A stretch of DNA of 64,000 nt, taken from NCBI GenBank assembly GCA_036721215.1, contig DAIMLM010000002.1:143699-207698 (forward strand), given 5' to 3'. Made by a program: the position numbers and the translations under genes. The stretch is from Rhodoluna sp. GTDB lineage: Bacteria; Actinomycetota; Actinomycetes; Actinomycetales; Microbacteriaceae. This document shows positions 26,047-36,550 of this stretch, piece after piece; the first letter of the stretch is position 1; every line of letters begins with the position of its first letter. The notes beneath the pieces are model-generated. The model searched no databases, had not been told where the DNA came from, and saw only the letters and a program-made list of their open reading frames with translations.

Positions 26047-28998
26047 ATGGCCCGAGAGCGCAGCACCGGATTATCTGAGCTTGCCGGCTCTGGCTTTATC
26101 GAACTAGACCAAGCTCAGCAGAAGCTCGCCAATCTATCTGCGCAGTTAAGTCTTAGCGAATCAAAGCTTCTTGATCCAATTGGAAACACTCAAGATCCCG
26201 ACCAGTGCCTCGAGCTCCTTGTTCGTCTAACCCGGGACAACAACCCAAAGATTAAATCAATCGCAGTGAATCAGGCAGCGTTTGGGCGGCTGTGTAAAGT
26301 ACTTGGTGCATCAGTTGGGCTTTATGAATTCCTTGATCGAGAGCCAGCAGCACTTGAATTGTTTTTGCAAGAGCCAGCATTACCAAGCGCGGAATCATCT
26401 CTAATAGCGCTTACTAAGGCTGCCATAGGTGTTTCACCGATAAGGATTGCCTATCGGCAGCAGCTTCTAAAAATCGCAATCTTCGATGTTTGCTCGCAAG
26501 ATCCAGCAGGCCAAATCGGACCCGTGTCTAAAGCACTGGCAGATTTGGCAGCAGCAGCAATTGAAGCAGGACTCACTCTTGCCAAGGCAGAACTTTCTGA
26601 CGAGGCAAACCAAGTTCATTTCCCTAAACAGGATGTTTCCAACACCCGCATTGCGGTAATTGGCATGGGTAAGTGTGGGGCACGGGAATTGAACTACATA
26701 TCGGACGTTGATGTCATTTATGTTGCCGAACCTGCCTCCAGCGAAATTGAAACCGATAGGGCGCTTGAGATTGCGACCAAGGTTTGCTCTCGGATGATGC
26801 GAATTATGGACGAGTCAGATTTGGAACCAGCGCTCTGGCAAGTTGATGCCAACTTGCGACCCGAGGGTAAAGCTGGCGCTTTAGTTAGATCTCTTGATTC
26901 CCACAAAACCTACTACGAGAGATGGGCTGAGAGCTGGGAGTTTCAGGCTCTCTTGAAGGCAAGGCCAATTGCCGGCGACACCGAGCTTGGTGAGAAATAC
27001 TTGGGAGTTACCCAACCCATGGTTTGGGAATCTACCGCCCGCGATAACTTTGTTGAATCCGTTCAGCGCATGAGGCAACTAGTTACGGACAACATTCCAA
27101 TAAGCGAAGTGGACGCTCAGATCAAGCTTGGCCCAGGAGGCCTAAGGGACATCGAGTTCACGGTTCAACTGCTGCAGTTAGTTCACGGAAGAACCGATAG
27201 CTCACTTCGGGAAAGGGGCACCCTAGGAGCCATTGACGCCTTGGCAACTGGTGGATACATCGCCAGAGATGACGGGAAGCGATTTAGTGATCACTATCGC
27301 TTCTTAAGACTTCTCGAGCACCGGATTCAACTAAGTCAGCTAAGGCGCACCCACCTGATGCCAGCCGATGAGCTTGCAAGAAGAGCAATCGCCAGGTCAC
27401 TTTCCTTGGAGCTAAGCGCCACGAATCTAATTGAAAGATGGGAATCGGTAAAGCTCGAAGTTCGTGATTTGCACCAGCAGCTTTTCTATAGGCCGCTGCT
27501 GAGCGCGGTATCGGGTCTTAGTCAAGAAGATCTTGAGCTAACCAGCGCCCAAGCACAAGATCGACTCGGCGCAATTGGTTTTCAAGATTCCCGCAGTGCT
27601 TTGGCGCACATCACTGCCTTGACTTCTGGTTTGTCCAGGAGAGCAGCGATTCAAAGACAACTCTTGCCTGTGTTGCTGCAGTGGTTTGCCGAGGGCACTG
27701 ACCCAGATGCTGCACTTTTGGCTTTTCGAAGATTGAGTGAGGATCTGGGGGATTCTCACTGGTACCTTCGGATGCTGCGTGACTCATCAGGAGCTGCCAA
27801 GCGCATGACGCAGGTGTTTTCAACAAGTCGTCTAGCAACATCGCTGTTTGAACGAATGCCAGAAGCGGCAGCCTGGTTTGAACGCGAAGAAGAGCTTCTG
27901 CCACAAAAATTGGATCAACTACTTGGTCAATTTCAGGCAATCATTTCCCGTCATGAAGACCCGGATTTAGCCGCAGCCAGCATCAAAGCTATTCGTAGAA
28001 AAGAGACCCTCCGGGTTGCAATCGGATTCGTTATCGGTTCACTTGATCTTGATGCCTCTTCGAAAGGCCTATCTGATATAACCGAGGCGTATCTATTGAG
28101 CATGCAAGAACTTGCTGCCGGCTCGATGCGTGCAAAACTTGGGAACCTAAGCCAAGAGCTTGCAATAGTTGCCATGGGCCGGTTCGGGGGAGCAGAGCTT
28201 GGGTTTGGTTCGGACGCCGATGTGATGTTCGTATACAAACCAACAGTTGCCGACGTCAACCTTGCGCAGTCAGAGGCCCAAGAGCTGGTTTCTGAGATTC
28301 GAAGACTTTGCTCAGATCAGATTCTTGAGTTTGAGCTAGATCTGGATCTTCGGCCAGAAGGTAAAAACGGACCCATTGTCAGGTCGATTGATTCCTACGC
28401 CAGTTACTATCAGCGTTGGGCGGGGACCTGGGAGTCTCAGGCACTGCTCCGAGCACGGGTAATTTCAGGACAGGAATCAGTAAAGGACGAGTTTGTTTCG
28501 CTGATTGATCGCCATCGCTATCCAGAACAAATGGAAGAAGCTGCGGTAATTGAAATAAGAAGAATCAAGGCCAGAGTCGAAGTTGAACGGCTACCACTTG
28601 GTGCTGACCCGATGAGGCATTTAAAGCTGGGAAGAGGCTCCATTAGCGATGTCGAGTGGTTGGTTCAGCTACTTCAACTAAAGCACGGACACTCCAACCC
28701 AAGTCTGCAGACGCCCCATACCTTGCAAGCTCTTGATCAGCTCGAGAAAGCCGGAATCGTTCAATCATCCGATGCAATTGTGCTCAAGCAGGCTTGGCAG
28801 CTATCTTCGGCGATTCGCTCCGCAGTTATGCTGGCGCAGAACAAACGAACCGATGTTTTACCGATCGATCGTCAGCAACTTGAATCTGTTGCCAGATTAC
28901 TTGAGTACCCTCGTGGCGGAGCTGCTGCACTGGAGCAGGATTACCTGGCCACTACGCGACGAGCCAGAGCCGTGTTTGAGAAACTGTTCTACGACTAA
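26047..28998 (+). CDS. glnE: Bifunctional glutamine synthetase adenylyltransferase/adenylyl-removing enzyme
   Basis: 983 aa with two nucleotidyltransferase repeats ([21 protein letters not shown] and [21 protein letters not shown]), each followed by D..LRPEGK.G. Confidence 0.92.
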   Translation: MARERSTGLSELAGSGFIELDQAQQKLANLSAQLSLSESKLLDPIGNTQDPDQCLELLVRLTRDNNPKIKSIAVNQAAFGRLCKVLGASVGLYEFLDREPAALELFLQEPALPSAESSLIALTKAAIGVSPIRIAYRQQLLKIAIFDVCSQDPAGQIGPVSKALADLAAAAIEAGLTLAKAELSDEANQVHFPKQDVSNTRIAVIGMGKCGARELNYISDVDVIYVAEPASSEIETDRALEIATKVCSRMMRIMDESDLEPALWQVDANLRPEGKAGALVRSLDSHKTYYERWAESWEFQALLKARPIAGDTELGEKYLGVTQPMVWESTARDNFVESVQRMRQLVTDNIPISEVDAQIKLGPGGLRDIEFTVQLLQLVHGRTDSSLRERGTLGAIDALATGGYIARDDGKRFSDHYRFLRLLEHRIQLSQLRRTHLMPADELARRAIARSLSLELSATNLIERWESVKLEVRDLHQQLFYRPLLSAVSGLSQEDLELTSAQAQDRLGAIGFQDSRSALAHITALTSGLSRRAAIQRQLLPVLLQWFAEGTDPDAALLAFRRLSEDLGDSHWYLRMLRDSSGAAKRMTQVFSTSRLATSLFERMPEAAAWFEREEELLPQKLDQLLGQFQAIISRHEDPDLAAASIKAIRRKETLRVAIGFVIGSLDLDASSKGLSDITEAYLLSMQELAAGSMRAKLGNLSQELAIVAMGRFGGAELGFGSDADVMFVYKPTVADVNLAQSEAQELVSEIRRLCSDQILEFELDLDLRPEGKNGPIVRSIDSYASYYQRWAGTWESQALLRARVISGQESVKDEFVSLIDRHRYPEQMEEAAVIEIRRIKARVEVERLPLGADPMRHLKLGRGSISDVEWLVQLLQLKHGHSNPSLQTPHTLQALDQLEKAGIVQSSDAIVLKQAWQLSSAIRSAVMLAQNKRTDVLPIDRQQLESVARLLEYPRGGAAALEQDYLATTRRARAVFEKLFYD

Positions 28999-30419
28999 AC
29001 GCCGTAGTAAAGCTCAAACTCGTAAGGGTGCGGACGAAGTGCCAAAGGAGCGATTTCCTTTTCTCTCTTGTAAGAAATCCAAGTTTCGATTAGATCCTTG
29101 GTAAAGACATCACCTGCAAGCAAGTAGTCGTGATCTGCCTCTAGCGCCTGCAGAACCTCTTCCAGGGTTCCAGGAACCTGTGGGATCAGCTTTGCCTCTT
29201 CTGGTGGCAATTCGTAAAGGTCTTTGTCCACTGGCTCGTGAGGTTCAATACGGTTCTTGATGCCATCAAGACCGGCCATAAGCATCGCTGCGAAGGCAAG
29301 GTAAGGGTTTGAGGAAGCATCTGGCGCGCGGAACTCGATGCGCTTAGCTTTCGGGTTGGTTCCAGTCATTGGAATACGAATAGCGGCAGATCTGTTTCCA
29401 GCTGAGTAAACAAGGTTCACCGGAGCTTCGAAACCAGGAACTAGGCGGTGGTAGGAGTTAACGCTCGGGTTTGTAAAGGCAAGCAAGCTCGGTGCGTGTT
29501 TTAGGATTCCACCGATGTACCAGCGAGCCATGTCGCTTAGACCACCGTAGCCACTCTCGTCGTAGAACAATGGCTTGCCGTCTTTCCACAGTGACTGATG
29601 CACGTGCATACCTGAACCGTTGTCGCCAAATAGCGGCTTTGGCATAAAGGTTGCAGTCTTGCCAAATGAGTGAGCAACGTTTTTCACAATGTACTTGAAC
29701 TTCAAGATGTCATCGCCGGCGTGAAGAAGGGTGTCAAAGCGGTAGTTGATTTCACCCTGACCTGCGGTGCCAACCTCATGATGGCTTCGTTCAACTGACA
29801 ATCCTGCAGCTTCTAGTTCGAGCACGATCTGGTCACGAATGTCTGCGTGCTGATCTACTGGAGAAACTGGAAAGTAGCCTCCCTTATAAGGAGTCTTGTT
29901 AGCCAAGTTTCCGCCGGACTCTTCTCGACCGGAGTTCCAAGCAGCCTCGGAGCTATCGATGAAGTGGTAGGCGGTGTTGGCCTTAACTTCGTAACGAACA
30001 TCGTCGAAGATAAAAAATTCTGCTTCTGGAGCAAAGAACGCAGTGTCTGCAATACCAGTAGTAGAAAGGTATGCCTGAGCCTTCTTGGCAACCTGACGAG
30101 GGTCACGGCTGTAGATTTCACCAGTTCTTGGGTTGTAAATATCAAAGATCATGTTCAGTGTCTTCTCAACTCGGAAGGCATCCAAATATGCAGTTGTTAC
30201 ATCGGGGATTAGCTGCATGTCTGATTCATGGATGGAGGCAAAACCCCTAATTGAAGAGCCGTCGAAGAGTTGACCGTCAACAAAGAACTGCTGGTCGATC
30301 ATGGCAGCTGGAAGGTTGAAGTGCTGCTGCACACCAGGCAGATCGGTGAAGCGAACGTCTAGAAACTTTACGTCGTTGTCTTTGATGTATTTGACTACTT
30401 CTGCTGCGGTTTTGAACAT
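28995..30419 (-). CDS. glnA: Glutamine synthetase type I (adenylylatable)
   Basis: [41 protein letters not shown] and NRSAAIRIP. The adenylylation Tyr context is [10 protein letters not shown]. Start moved to ATG 30419 (MFKTAAEV), which has AAGGGA upstream. Confidence 0.92.
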   Translation of the reverse strand: MFKTAAEVVKYIKDNDVKFLDVRFTDLPGVQQHFNLPAAMIDQQFFVDGQLFDGSSIRGFASIHESDMQLIPDVTTAYLDAFRVEKTLNMIFDIYNPRTGEIYSRDPRQVAKKAQAYLSTTGIADTAFFAPEAEFFIFDDVRYEVKANTAYHFIDSSEAAWNSGREESGGNLANKTPYKGGYFPVSPVDQHADIRDQIVLELEAAGLSVERSHHEVGTAGQGEINYRFDTLLHAGDDILKFKYIVKNVAHSFGKTATFMPKPLFGDNGSGMHVHQSLWKDGKPLFYDESGYGGLSDMARWYIGGILKHAPSLLAFTNPSVNSYHRLVPGFEAPVNLVYSAGNRSAAIRIPMTGTNPKAKRIEFRAPDASSNPYLAFAAMLMAGLDGIKNRIEPHEPVDKDLYELPPEEAKLIPQVPGTLEEVLQALEADHDYLLAGDVFTKDLIETWISYKREKEIAPLALRPHPYEFELYYGV

Positions 30420-30470
30420 TAGAGATCCCTTCAAATCAACTGGTTATAGACAAATCTTAGCTAGCTAGAT

Positions 30471-30509
30471 GTTTCAAGCTGTTTTAGGAATGTTTCGGGA
30501 ATGTAAAAT
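30471..30509 (-). promoter_or_regulatory. GlnR-box-like element upstream of glnA1
   Basis: The minus strand reads ATTTTAC-ATTCCC-GAAAC-ATTCCT-AAAAC-AGCTT-GAAAC. There are two GAAAC pentamers 21 nt apart, the first preceded by TTTAC-N6. The 10-mer CGAAACATTC recurs upstream of amt. Confidence 0.4.
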
Positions 30510-31214
30510 CTACATTCTCCGGCCGGCGCGCATCCGGTTAGGGTCAATGCCCTTCGGGATCGGTATGTTCAGCCCAAGGCCCGCTAGCCGCTTGTTGACA
30601 ACAGAGATTTCTGCTCGGCTGAGGGTCCTTTTGAGCTTGTAGATGGCCTTGGTCAAGGCATGCAGCGGAACTGAACCTGGTTGGTCATTCACCGAAAGCA
30701 CTGACACGGTTACTCCAGGAATAGCCCTTGAGACCTTGCGTTTTTCGTCTTCGACTATCTGCCTCAGGCGCGCTGAGCTTCCTTCGCCGATTAGAACAAC
30801 GCCAGCTCGGCCAACAGCTCGATAGACAGCGTCGCGGGATTTAGGGTCTACTGCAACTGGCATATCACTTGTCGAGTAGCCGCGCTTTAGAGTCGCAGTA
30901 AGTACGGCAGCCACCGCGCCCGGTTGGCCAGAGATTCTCATGAACGCAGCGCGTTCGGCTCTTCTGGAGAGCACACCGAGGGCCAAAAGAATTGAGAACA
31001 GCACGGTCGATACCGACCAGAGGAATATCGAGAGCGGGGAGTCCATAAAGAACAGCAGGATAACTACGATTCCAGCCGCCATTGGTCCAACAAAGGAAAG
31101 TATTCCAAGTGGAACAAAGTTCTTATCAGCCTTGGCGGTTAACTTATAGACCTGCCAAAGTTGCTTGATTCTGCCTGGCTCTTTTTTAACCTTTGGCTTT
31201 TTCTCTGCCATCAT
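30510..31214 (-). CDS. DUF4191-family membrane protein
   Basis: Lys-rich N-terminus, two TM helices (VPLGILSFVGPMAAGIVVILLFF; IFLWSVSTVLFSILLALGVL) and the conserved position between lipA and glnA1, as recalled for actinobacteria. Start at ATG 31214 avoids overlapping lipA. Confidence 0.75.
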   Translation of the reverse strand: MMAEKKPKVKKEPGRIKQLWQVYKLTAKADKNFVPLGILSFVGPMAAGIVVILLFFMDSPLSIFLWSVSTVLFSILLALGVLSRRAERAAFMRISGQPGAVAAVLTATLKRGYSTSDMPVAVDPKSRDAVYRAVGRAGVVLIGEGSSARLRQIVEDEKRKVSRAIPGVTVSVLSVNDQPGSVPLHALTKAIYKLKRTLSRAEISVVNKRLAGLGLNIPIPKGIDPNRMRAGRRM

Positions 31215-31224
31215 TTCCTTCTTG

Positions 31225-32232
31225 TTATGCAACAGCCTGCGAGAAGCCATCTCTTGCTGCAGCTTCTGCTAGGTGTTGGAGATTCTCTGGCACTGGAAGC
31301 CCCTTTTTGTTCATCGATTGAGCCCACAGTCTGCCCGCACGATAAGAAGACCTGACCAGTGGCCCGCTGAGCACTCCCAAGAAGCCAAGCTGCTCCGCTT
31401 CATTCTTGAGCTCAACAAACTCCTGCGGCTTGACCCAGCGTGAAACTGGATGGTGCTTTGGAGTTGGTCGCAAATACTGGGTAATAGTCAAGATGTCAGT
31501 TCCTGCATCATGCAAATCTTTCATTGCTTGGGAGATCTCTTCAATGGTTTCGCCCATCCCCAGTATCAAGTTTGACTTTGTTACGAGGCCATATTCTCTT
31601 GCCTGAGTGATTACATCAAGCGACCTCTCGTAACTGAAGGCTGGGCGAATCTCCTTGAAAATGCGTGGAACTGTTTCTACGTTATGAGCGAAGACCTCTG
31701 GCTTAGCGTCAAAAACTTTCTTTAGTAAAAGTGGTTTACCTGAGAAGTCAGGAACTAAAATCTCAACACCGGTGCCCGGAGACTTCTTGTGTATTTGCTT
31801 GATGGTCTCGGCGTAGAGCCAAGCACCCTCATCTGGAAGATCATCTCTTGCAACTCCGGTGACGGTCGCATAGCGAAGCTGCATTTGCTTTACCGAAACG
31901 GCAACACGGCGTGGCTCATCAGGATCGAATGCCACTGGCTTGCCAGTGTCGATCTGACAAAAATCGCAACGCCTGGTGCACTGCGAGCCACCAATCAAGA
32001 AAGTCGCTTCGCGATCTTCCCAGCACTCGTAGATGTTTGGGCAACCAGCTTCTTGGCAAACAGTGTTTAGATTCTCAGCTTTAACAAGTTTTTGCATGGC
32101 CTGATACTCAGGACCCATTTTTGCAACTGTTCTAATCCACTCAGGCTTGCGCTCAATGGGAATGGCCGAGTTTCGAGCCTCGATTCGAAGCATCTTTTTG
32201 GCAGGCTTTTCGCCCTGGTCGATCTGGCTCAT
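31225..32232 (-). CDS. lipA: Lipoyl synthase
   Basis: Auxiliary cluster [12 protein letters not shown] and radical-SAM CTRRCDFC. The ATG overlaps the lipB stop (ATGA). Confidence 0.92.
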   Translation of the reverse strand: MSQIDQGEKPAKKMLRIEARNSAIPIERKPEWIRTVAKMGPEYQAMQKLVKAENLNTVCQEAGCPNIYECWEDREATFLIGGSQCTRRCDFCQIDTGKPVAFDPDEPRRVAVSVKQMQLRYATVTGVARDDLPDEGAWLYAETIKQIHKKSPGTGVEILVPDFSGKPLLLKKVFDAKPEVFAHNVETVPRIFKEIRPAFSYERSLDVITQAREYGLVTKSNLILGMGETIEEISQAMKDLHDAGTDILTITQYLRPTPKHHPVSRWVKPQEFVELKNEAEQLGFLGVLSGPLVRSSYRAGRLWAQSMNKKGLPVPENLQHLAEAAARDGFSQAVA

Positions 32233-32864
32233 AGGACAACTTTAGCAATGTCGGTCAGGCGCAGCTTTACTCGCTCAGCAGCCATAGCCGGAGTGACCAA
32301 AGTGCCAGTCAGTTCAGTAATCGAGCTGGTCCCAGCATCATCAATTCCACAAGCCACGATGTGATCATAGGCATCAAGTGAATTGGAGCAATTCAAAGCA
32401 AAGCCATGCATGGCTACCCGCTCGGAGACCCTGATGCCAATAGCCGCAACTTTCAAGTGGGTGTCACCAGTTGGAGCCCAAACTCCCGAGCGGCCTACCA
32501 CGCGCTCAGTGGCTAATCCAAAATCGCTACAGACGTCAATTAGCACTTGCTCGAGAAAGCGAACGTAACCCACAACGTCAAAAGGCTCTGGAAGTCTCAT
32601 AATCGGGTAGCCAACCAATTGGCCAGGGCCATGCCAGGTGAGCTTTCCTCCACGGTCAACCTCGATGACCTCGGTGCCATCATCTGGTCGTTCGGAGTCT
32701 TCAGTTCTTTTGCCCGCTGTGTATACGCTGCTGTGCTCTAGCAAAATGACAGTGTCGGGCCTTGACTTGGCGACCACTTCCTTGTGAACCTCGCGCTGCA
32801 ACCGGAGACCTTCGTTATAAGCGACAAAGTCAGGTTCAAATCCTGCAACTAGAAAATCGGGCAC
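32229..32864 (-). CDS. lipB: Octanoyltransferase
   Basis: [35 protein letters not shown], and the catalytic Cys in IVACGI. GTG start. Confidence 0.9.
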   Translation of the reverse strand: MPDFLVAGFEPDFVAYNEGLRLQREVHKEVVAKSRPDTVILLEHSSVYTAGKRTEDSERPDDGTEVIEVDRGGKLTWHGPGQLVGYPIMRLPEPFDVVGYVRFLEQVLIDVCSDFGLATERVVGRSGVWAPTGDTHLKVAAIGIRVSERVAMHGFALNCSNSLDAYDHIVACGIDDAGTSSITELTGTLVTPAMAAERVKLRLTDIAKVVL

Positions 32865-32939
32865 TTCATAAGTCTAAGAGTTATCCCAAACCTTGAATCA
32901 AGCTCTCACTTCTTTGCCCGCTCAAACTAGCGTTTAGGG

Positions 32940-33680
32940 ATGCGAGCCGTGGTAGCAAGAAAACTGACAGCGTCGGGATACTCAACAGGCAAGAAGCTAA
33001 AGCTTGCAGGCGTTGAGGCCATCTGTGTCCAGGAACCAATCGGGCACTCGATGTTGCTTGTTTCAAATGTTTTCTATGGACCAAGTTGGGCTCAAATATA
33101 CAAATCAGTTGAGCATCTCAATCCGAGCCCAAGCCTGATAACTCTTGGAAAAACTCCTGCTGTACTAATAGCAGACACAGCTAGCAACAGAGAGCTAATC
33201 GGGAGCCTTTTTGAACGAGCAAACACTTCGCGGAGTAAGCAAGTGCATCTAGATGGGGTCGGCTTTGTTGAGCTTGAGAACAAAGCAAAACCAGAATTGA
33301 AACTTTTCGCTTTACCTCTGATTTCTATCATTTTGGTAGTTGTCCTCGGGCTCTTCTGGAGTAGCAGCCAGCAGCAAAGCCAGCAGCTAAACGAGGGCAC
33401 AGAGGTAATTACAGTTGCGGACTCTTGCATTGTTGATGCGAACAAGTCTGAGTTTGAGCGTTGGCTTGGTGAGTCTTTAGAGAAACAGCCAGCACTTAGT
33501 GCGGGACAAGAGATTCAAATGAACACTGGACTTGGTGAGATGACTGTTCTTGTTGAGAGCGTCATCGGTTCAGCAGCCAAAGTATCAGGTGTGGCGGAAT
33601 GTAGCGATGGAAGAAAACGCGCGATAAACCATCGAGTGGACACTTCTGGTTCCGGTGTGGTTTTGGAGCTGGGGCAGTAG
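32940..33680 (+). CDS. Hypothetical single-pass membrane protein (no recognisable family)
   Basis: 246-codon ORF filling the lipB-sucB gap, with one TM helix (LFALPLISIILVVVLGLFW) followed by a Q/S-rich stretch. GC is ~43-48 % in sampled lines, slightly below its neighbours. The start codon is uncertain because there is no clear SD. Confidence 0.5.
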   Translation: MRAVVARKLTASGYSTGKKLKLAGVEAICVQEPIGHSMLLVSNVFYGPSWAQIYKSVEHLNPSPSLITLGKTPAVLIADTASNRELIGSLFERANTSRSKQVHLDGVGFVELENKAKPELKLFALPLISIILVVVLGLFWSSSQQQSQQLNEGTEVITVADSCIVDANKSEFERWLGESLEKQPALSAGQEIQMNTGLGEMTVLVESVIGSAAKVSGVAECSDGRKRAINHRVDTSGSGVVLELGQ

Positions 33681-35081
33681 TTAGATTCCTAGGTTTGCCT
33701 GGAAGTTTGCAGACTCAAGTCTTGCCTTCACATCTACCAAGAACCTGGAAGCATCGGCACCATCAATTAGACGGTGATCGTAGCTAAGGGCTAGATAAAC
33801 CATCGAACGAATAGCGATTGATTCTTGGCCATCAGCAGTTGTGATTGCAACTGGCCTTCTCTGAACAATTCCGGTTCCCAAAATTGCAACCTGTGGCAAG
33901 AACACAACAGGAGTGTCAAATAGTGCTCCACGTGAACCAGTGTTAGTCAAGGTGAAGGTGCCACCCATCATTTCATCTGGCTTTAGTTTGTTTTCGCGGG
34001 TTCTTGAGGCAAGGTCTGCGATCTGAACCGCAATTTGAGCGAGGTTCAAGCTCGCAGCGTCCCTGATTACCGGAGTTAGCAAACCACGCTCAGTGTCTAC
34101 CGCGAAGCTAATGTTCTCGGTCGGGTGGTAGTTGATCATCTCGCCCTCAATAGAAGCGTTGAGCTTCGGGTGAGATCTAAGAGCTTCGGCTGCAGCTAGG
34201 AAGAAAAACGGCATGAAGTTCAGCTTGGTACCGGTTGCCGCCTGGAAAGCTGGCTGGACCGCCTTGCGCATTTCGGCAATTCTTGAAACATCAACCTCAA
34301 CAACAGTTGTTAGTTGGGCCGAGGAAACCATGGAGGCAACCGCGCGTTCCGCGAGAACTTTTCTCAGTCTTGACATTGGCTCGGAAGTTCCGCGCTGCGC
34401 ACTAACTGGTGATGGAACGTGAGCGGCAGAAGGCACAGACATCGCTTGTGATGTTCCGGCTGTTGCCGACAAAACATCTTCCTTGCGAATTCTTCCACCT
34501 ACACCGGTGCCAACTACTCGAGTTAGATCCACTCCGGAATCTTGGGCGAGTTTACGAACAAGAGGAGTTACGTAACCCGCGTCCATCGATGCAGCGGCTG
34601 CGGGTACGGCAACCGGTGCAACAGGAGCTACTGGTGCAACAGGAACTACCGGGGAAACTGGAGCCGCTGGTGTGTAAATCATTGGGGTGGAAACCGGAGC
34701 TACAACTGGGGGAGCAACGGGTGCAGGTTGCGCAACCGGAGGTGCAACTGGGGGAGCAACGGGTGCCGGCGGCGCAACCGGAGGTGCTACCGGTGCTTGC
34801 GCTACTGGCTCTGCTGCAACCGGTGCAGCTGGCGCGGCACCGGATCCGCCGGAGATGATTACAAGAACTGCGCCAACTCGCACTGTTTCGTCTTCTTGGA
34901 CCAAGATTTGCTCGATAACTCCAGCAACAGGGGAAGGGATCTCGGTGTCCACCTTATCGGTTGATACCTCTACTAGGGGTTCGTCAACAGCTACGCTGTC
35001 TCCAACTTTTTTAAGCCATCTAGTTACTGTGCCTTCGGTTACTGACTCACCGAGGGCTGGTAGCACTACTGATTCGCTCAT
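33681..35081 (-). CDS. sucB: Dihydrolipoamide acyltransferase E2 (SucB/DlaT type) with one lipoyl domain and a long Pro/Ala linker
   Basis: Lipoyl-Lys context [13 protein letters not shown], subunit-binding domain [16 protein letters not shown], and catalytic motif [10 protein letters not shown]. Confidence 0.9.
   Translation of the reverse strand: MSESVVLPALGESVTEGTVTRWLKKVGDSVAVDEPLVEVSTDKVDTEIPSPVAGVIEQILVQEDETVRVGAVLVIISGGSGAAPAAPVAAEPVAQAPVAPPVAPPAPVAPPVAPPVAQPAPVAPPVVAPVSTPMIYTPAAPVSPVVPVAPVAPVAPVAVPAAAASMDAGYVTPLVRKLAQDSGVDLTRVVGTGVGGRIRKEDVLSATAGTSQAMSVPSAAHVPSPVSAQRGTSEPMSRLRKVLAERAVASMVSSAQLTTVVEVDVSRIAEMRKAVQPAFQAATGTKLNFMPFFFLAAAEALRSHPKLNASIEGEMINYHPTENISFAVDTERGLLTPVIRDAASLNLAQIAVQIADLASRTRENKLKPDEMMGGTFTLTNTGSRGALFDTPVVFLPQVAILGTGIVQRRPVAITTADGQESIAIRSMVYLALSYDHRLIDGADASRFLVDVKARLESANFQANLGI
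34615..34786 (-). repeat. In-frame tandem repeats encoding the SucB Pro/Ala linker
   Basis: An 18-nt unit occurs twice (34615-34650: GGTGCAACAGGAGCTACT / GGTGCAACAGGAACTACC). A 42-nt unit occurs twice (34703-34744 and 34745-34786) with 39/42 identity. Confidence 0.8.
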
Positions 35082-35112
35082 TTTCTAAACTCCTTGTGGG
35101 TATTTTCTAATT

Positions 35113-36492
35113 CTAGGCGTGGGCGTGCAGCGGCTTACCGGCAAGGGCTAGGTGAGCCTCGCCGATAGCCTCGTTCATGGTTGGGTGAGCGTGAACCAAG
35201 CTGGCAACATCCTCAGGATATGCTTCCCAGTTCACAATTAGCTGCGCTTCACCAATTTGCTCTCCAACTCGAGAACCGATCATATGAACACCAACAACTG
35301 GTCCGTTGTTTTGGCGAACGAGCTTGATAAATCCAGCGGTTCCAAGGATGTTTGACTTTCCGTTTCCAGCGAGGTTGTACTCGTAAGTTGAAACGTTCTC
35401 GGCACCAAACTTTGCTTTTGCTTTTGCTTCAGATAGTCCAACGGAGGCAATCTCAGGCTCGCAGTAAGTGACCTTTGGGATGCCGTCTTCATCGATAACG
35501 GCTGGCGCTAATCCTGCGATATCTTCAGCGATGAAGATGCCCTGCTGGAATCCACGGTGAGCTAGCTGTACGCCAGGAACAATGTCTCCTGCTGCGTATA
35601 CCCCTGGAAGGTTTGTTTGTAGGCGCTCGTTAGTGATGACCCAACCACGATCCAGCTTCAGACCCTGCTCTTCGTAACCCAACCCTGCGGTGTGTGGTCC
35701 ACGACCAACAGCAACGAGCATTAGTTCTGCTTCGACGCGAGTTCCGTCTTCCAGAACTGCGGTAACAGAAGTGTCGGTTTGCTCAACACCTGAGAAGCGA
35801 ACGCCAAGTTTGTAGTCAATGCCACGCTTGCGATAAGCGCGCTCAAGAGCCTTGGAAATTGACTCTTCTTCGTTTGGAACAAGATGAGGTAGGCCTTCGA
35901 TAATTGTTACTTCAGCACCGAATGAGCGCCAGATAGATGCGAATTCCACACCGATTACTCCTCCGCCAAGAACGATGACGCTTTTTGGCACGAAGTTGAG
36001 CTTCAGTGCGTGGTCAGAGGTAATGACTCGACCACCAATGTCTAGTCCCGGCAAGGTCTTTGAGTATGAGCCGGTTGCTAGAACAAGATTCACTCCCGTG
36101 TAGGTATCACCGTTCACGGTGACAGTTTTTGGGCCGGTTAGTCGACCTTCACCGGAAACCATAGTGATGTTCTTACCGGCACCAACTAATCCAGTAAGTC
36201 CCTTGAAAAGTTTGTCGACAATTGAGTCGCGGTAGGCATTGACTTTTGGCATGTCAATTGATCCGAAGGTGGCGTTTATGCCAAAGGAGGCAGCTTCTCG
36301 GGTGTTGTCCGCGATCTCTGCTGAGTGAAGCAGGGCCTTGGTTGGAATACAACCGCGGTGTAAGCAGGTTCCGCCAAGCTTGTCCTTTTCGATTAGAGCT
36401 ACGGTCTTGCCTAGCTGCGCTGAGCGAAGAGCGGCTGCGTAACCGCCACTTCCACCGCCAAGGATTACAACATCGAATGAGTTATCAGACAA
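35113..36492 (-). CDS. lpd: Dihydrolipoyl dehydrogenase (E3)
   Basis: FAD site VVILGGGSGGY, redox disulfide GGTCLHRGCIPTK, and C-terminal HAHPTMNE. TTG start with AGGAGA 7 nt upstream. Confidence 0.92.
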   Translation of the reverse strand: MSDNSFDVVILGGGSGGYAAALRSAQLGKTVALIEKDKLGGTCLHRGCIPTKALLHSAEIADNTREAASFGINATFGSIDMPKVNAYRDSIVDKLFKGLTGLVGAGKNITMVSGEGRLTGPKTVTVNGDTYTGVNLVLATGSYSKTLPGLDIGGRVITSDHALKLNFVPKSVIVLGGGVIGVEFASIWRSFGAEVTIIEGLPHLVPNEEESISKALERAYRKRGIDYKLGVRFSGVEQTDTSVTAVLEDGTRVEAELMLVAVGRGPHTAGLGYEEQGLKLDRGWVITNERLQTNLPGVYAAGDIVPGVQLAHRGFQQGIFIAEDIAGLAPAVIDEDGIPKVTYCEPEIASVGLSEAKAKAKFGAENVSTYEYNLAGNGKSNILGTAGFIKLVRQNNGPVVGVHMIGSRVGEQIGEAQLIVNWEAYPEDVASLVHAHPTMNEAIGEAHLALAGKPLHAHA

Positions 36493-36550
36493 GGCGAATT
36501 CTCCTAGTTGTTGGATTCTTATGGGGACCAGAAGAGTTTACTACTGTTGC

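Noticed and set aside
30435-30470. Possible AmtR-type operator (CTAT-N6-ATAG) or other palindrome in the glnA1 leader. The 8-nt palindrome CTAGCTAG is at ~30461-30468.
   Set aside because: No CTAT-N6-ATAG arrangement is found here or upstream of amt. An isolated 8-nt palindrome made of stop-codon-like CTAG units is weak evidence.
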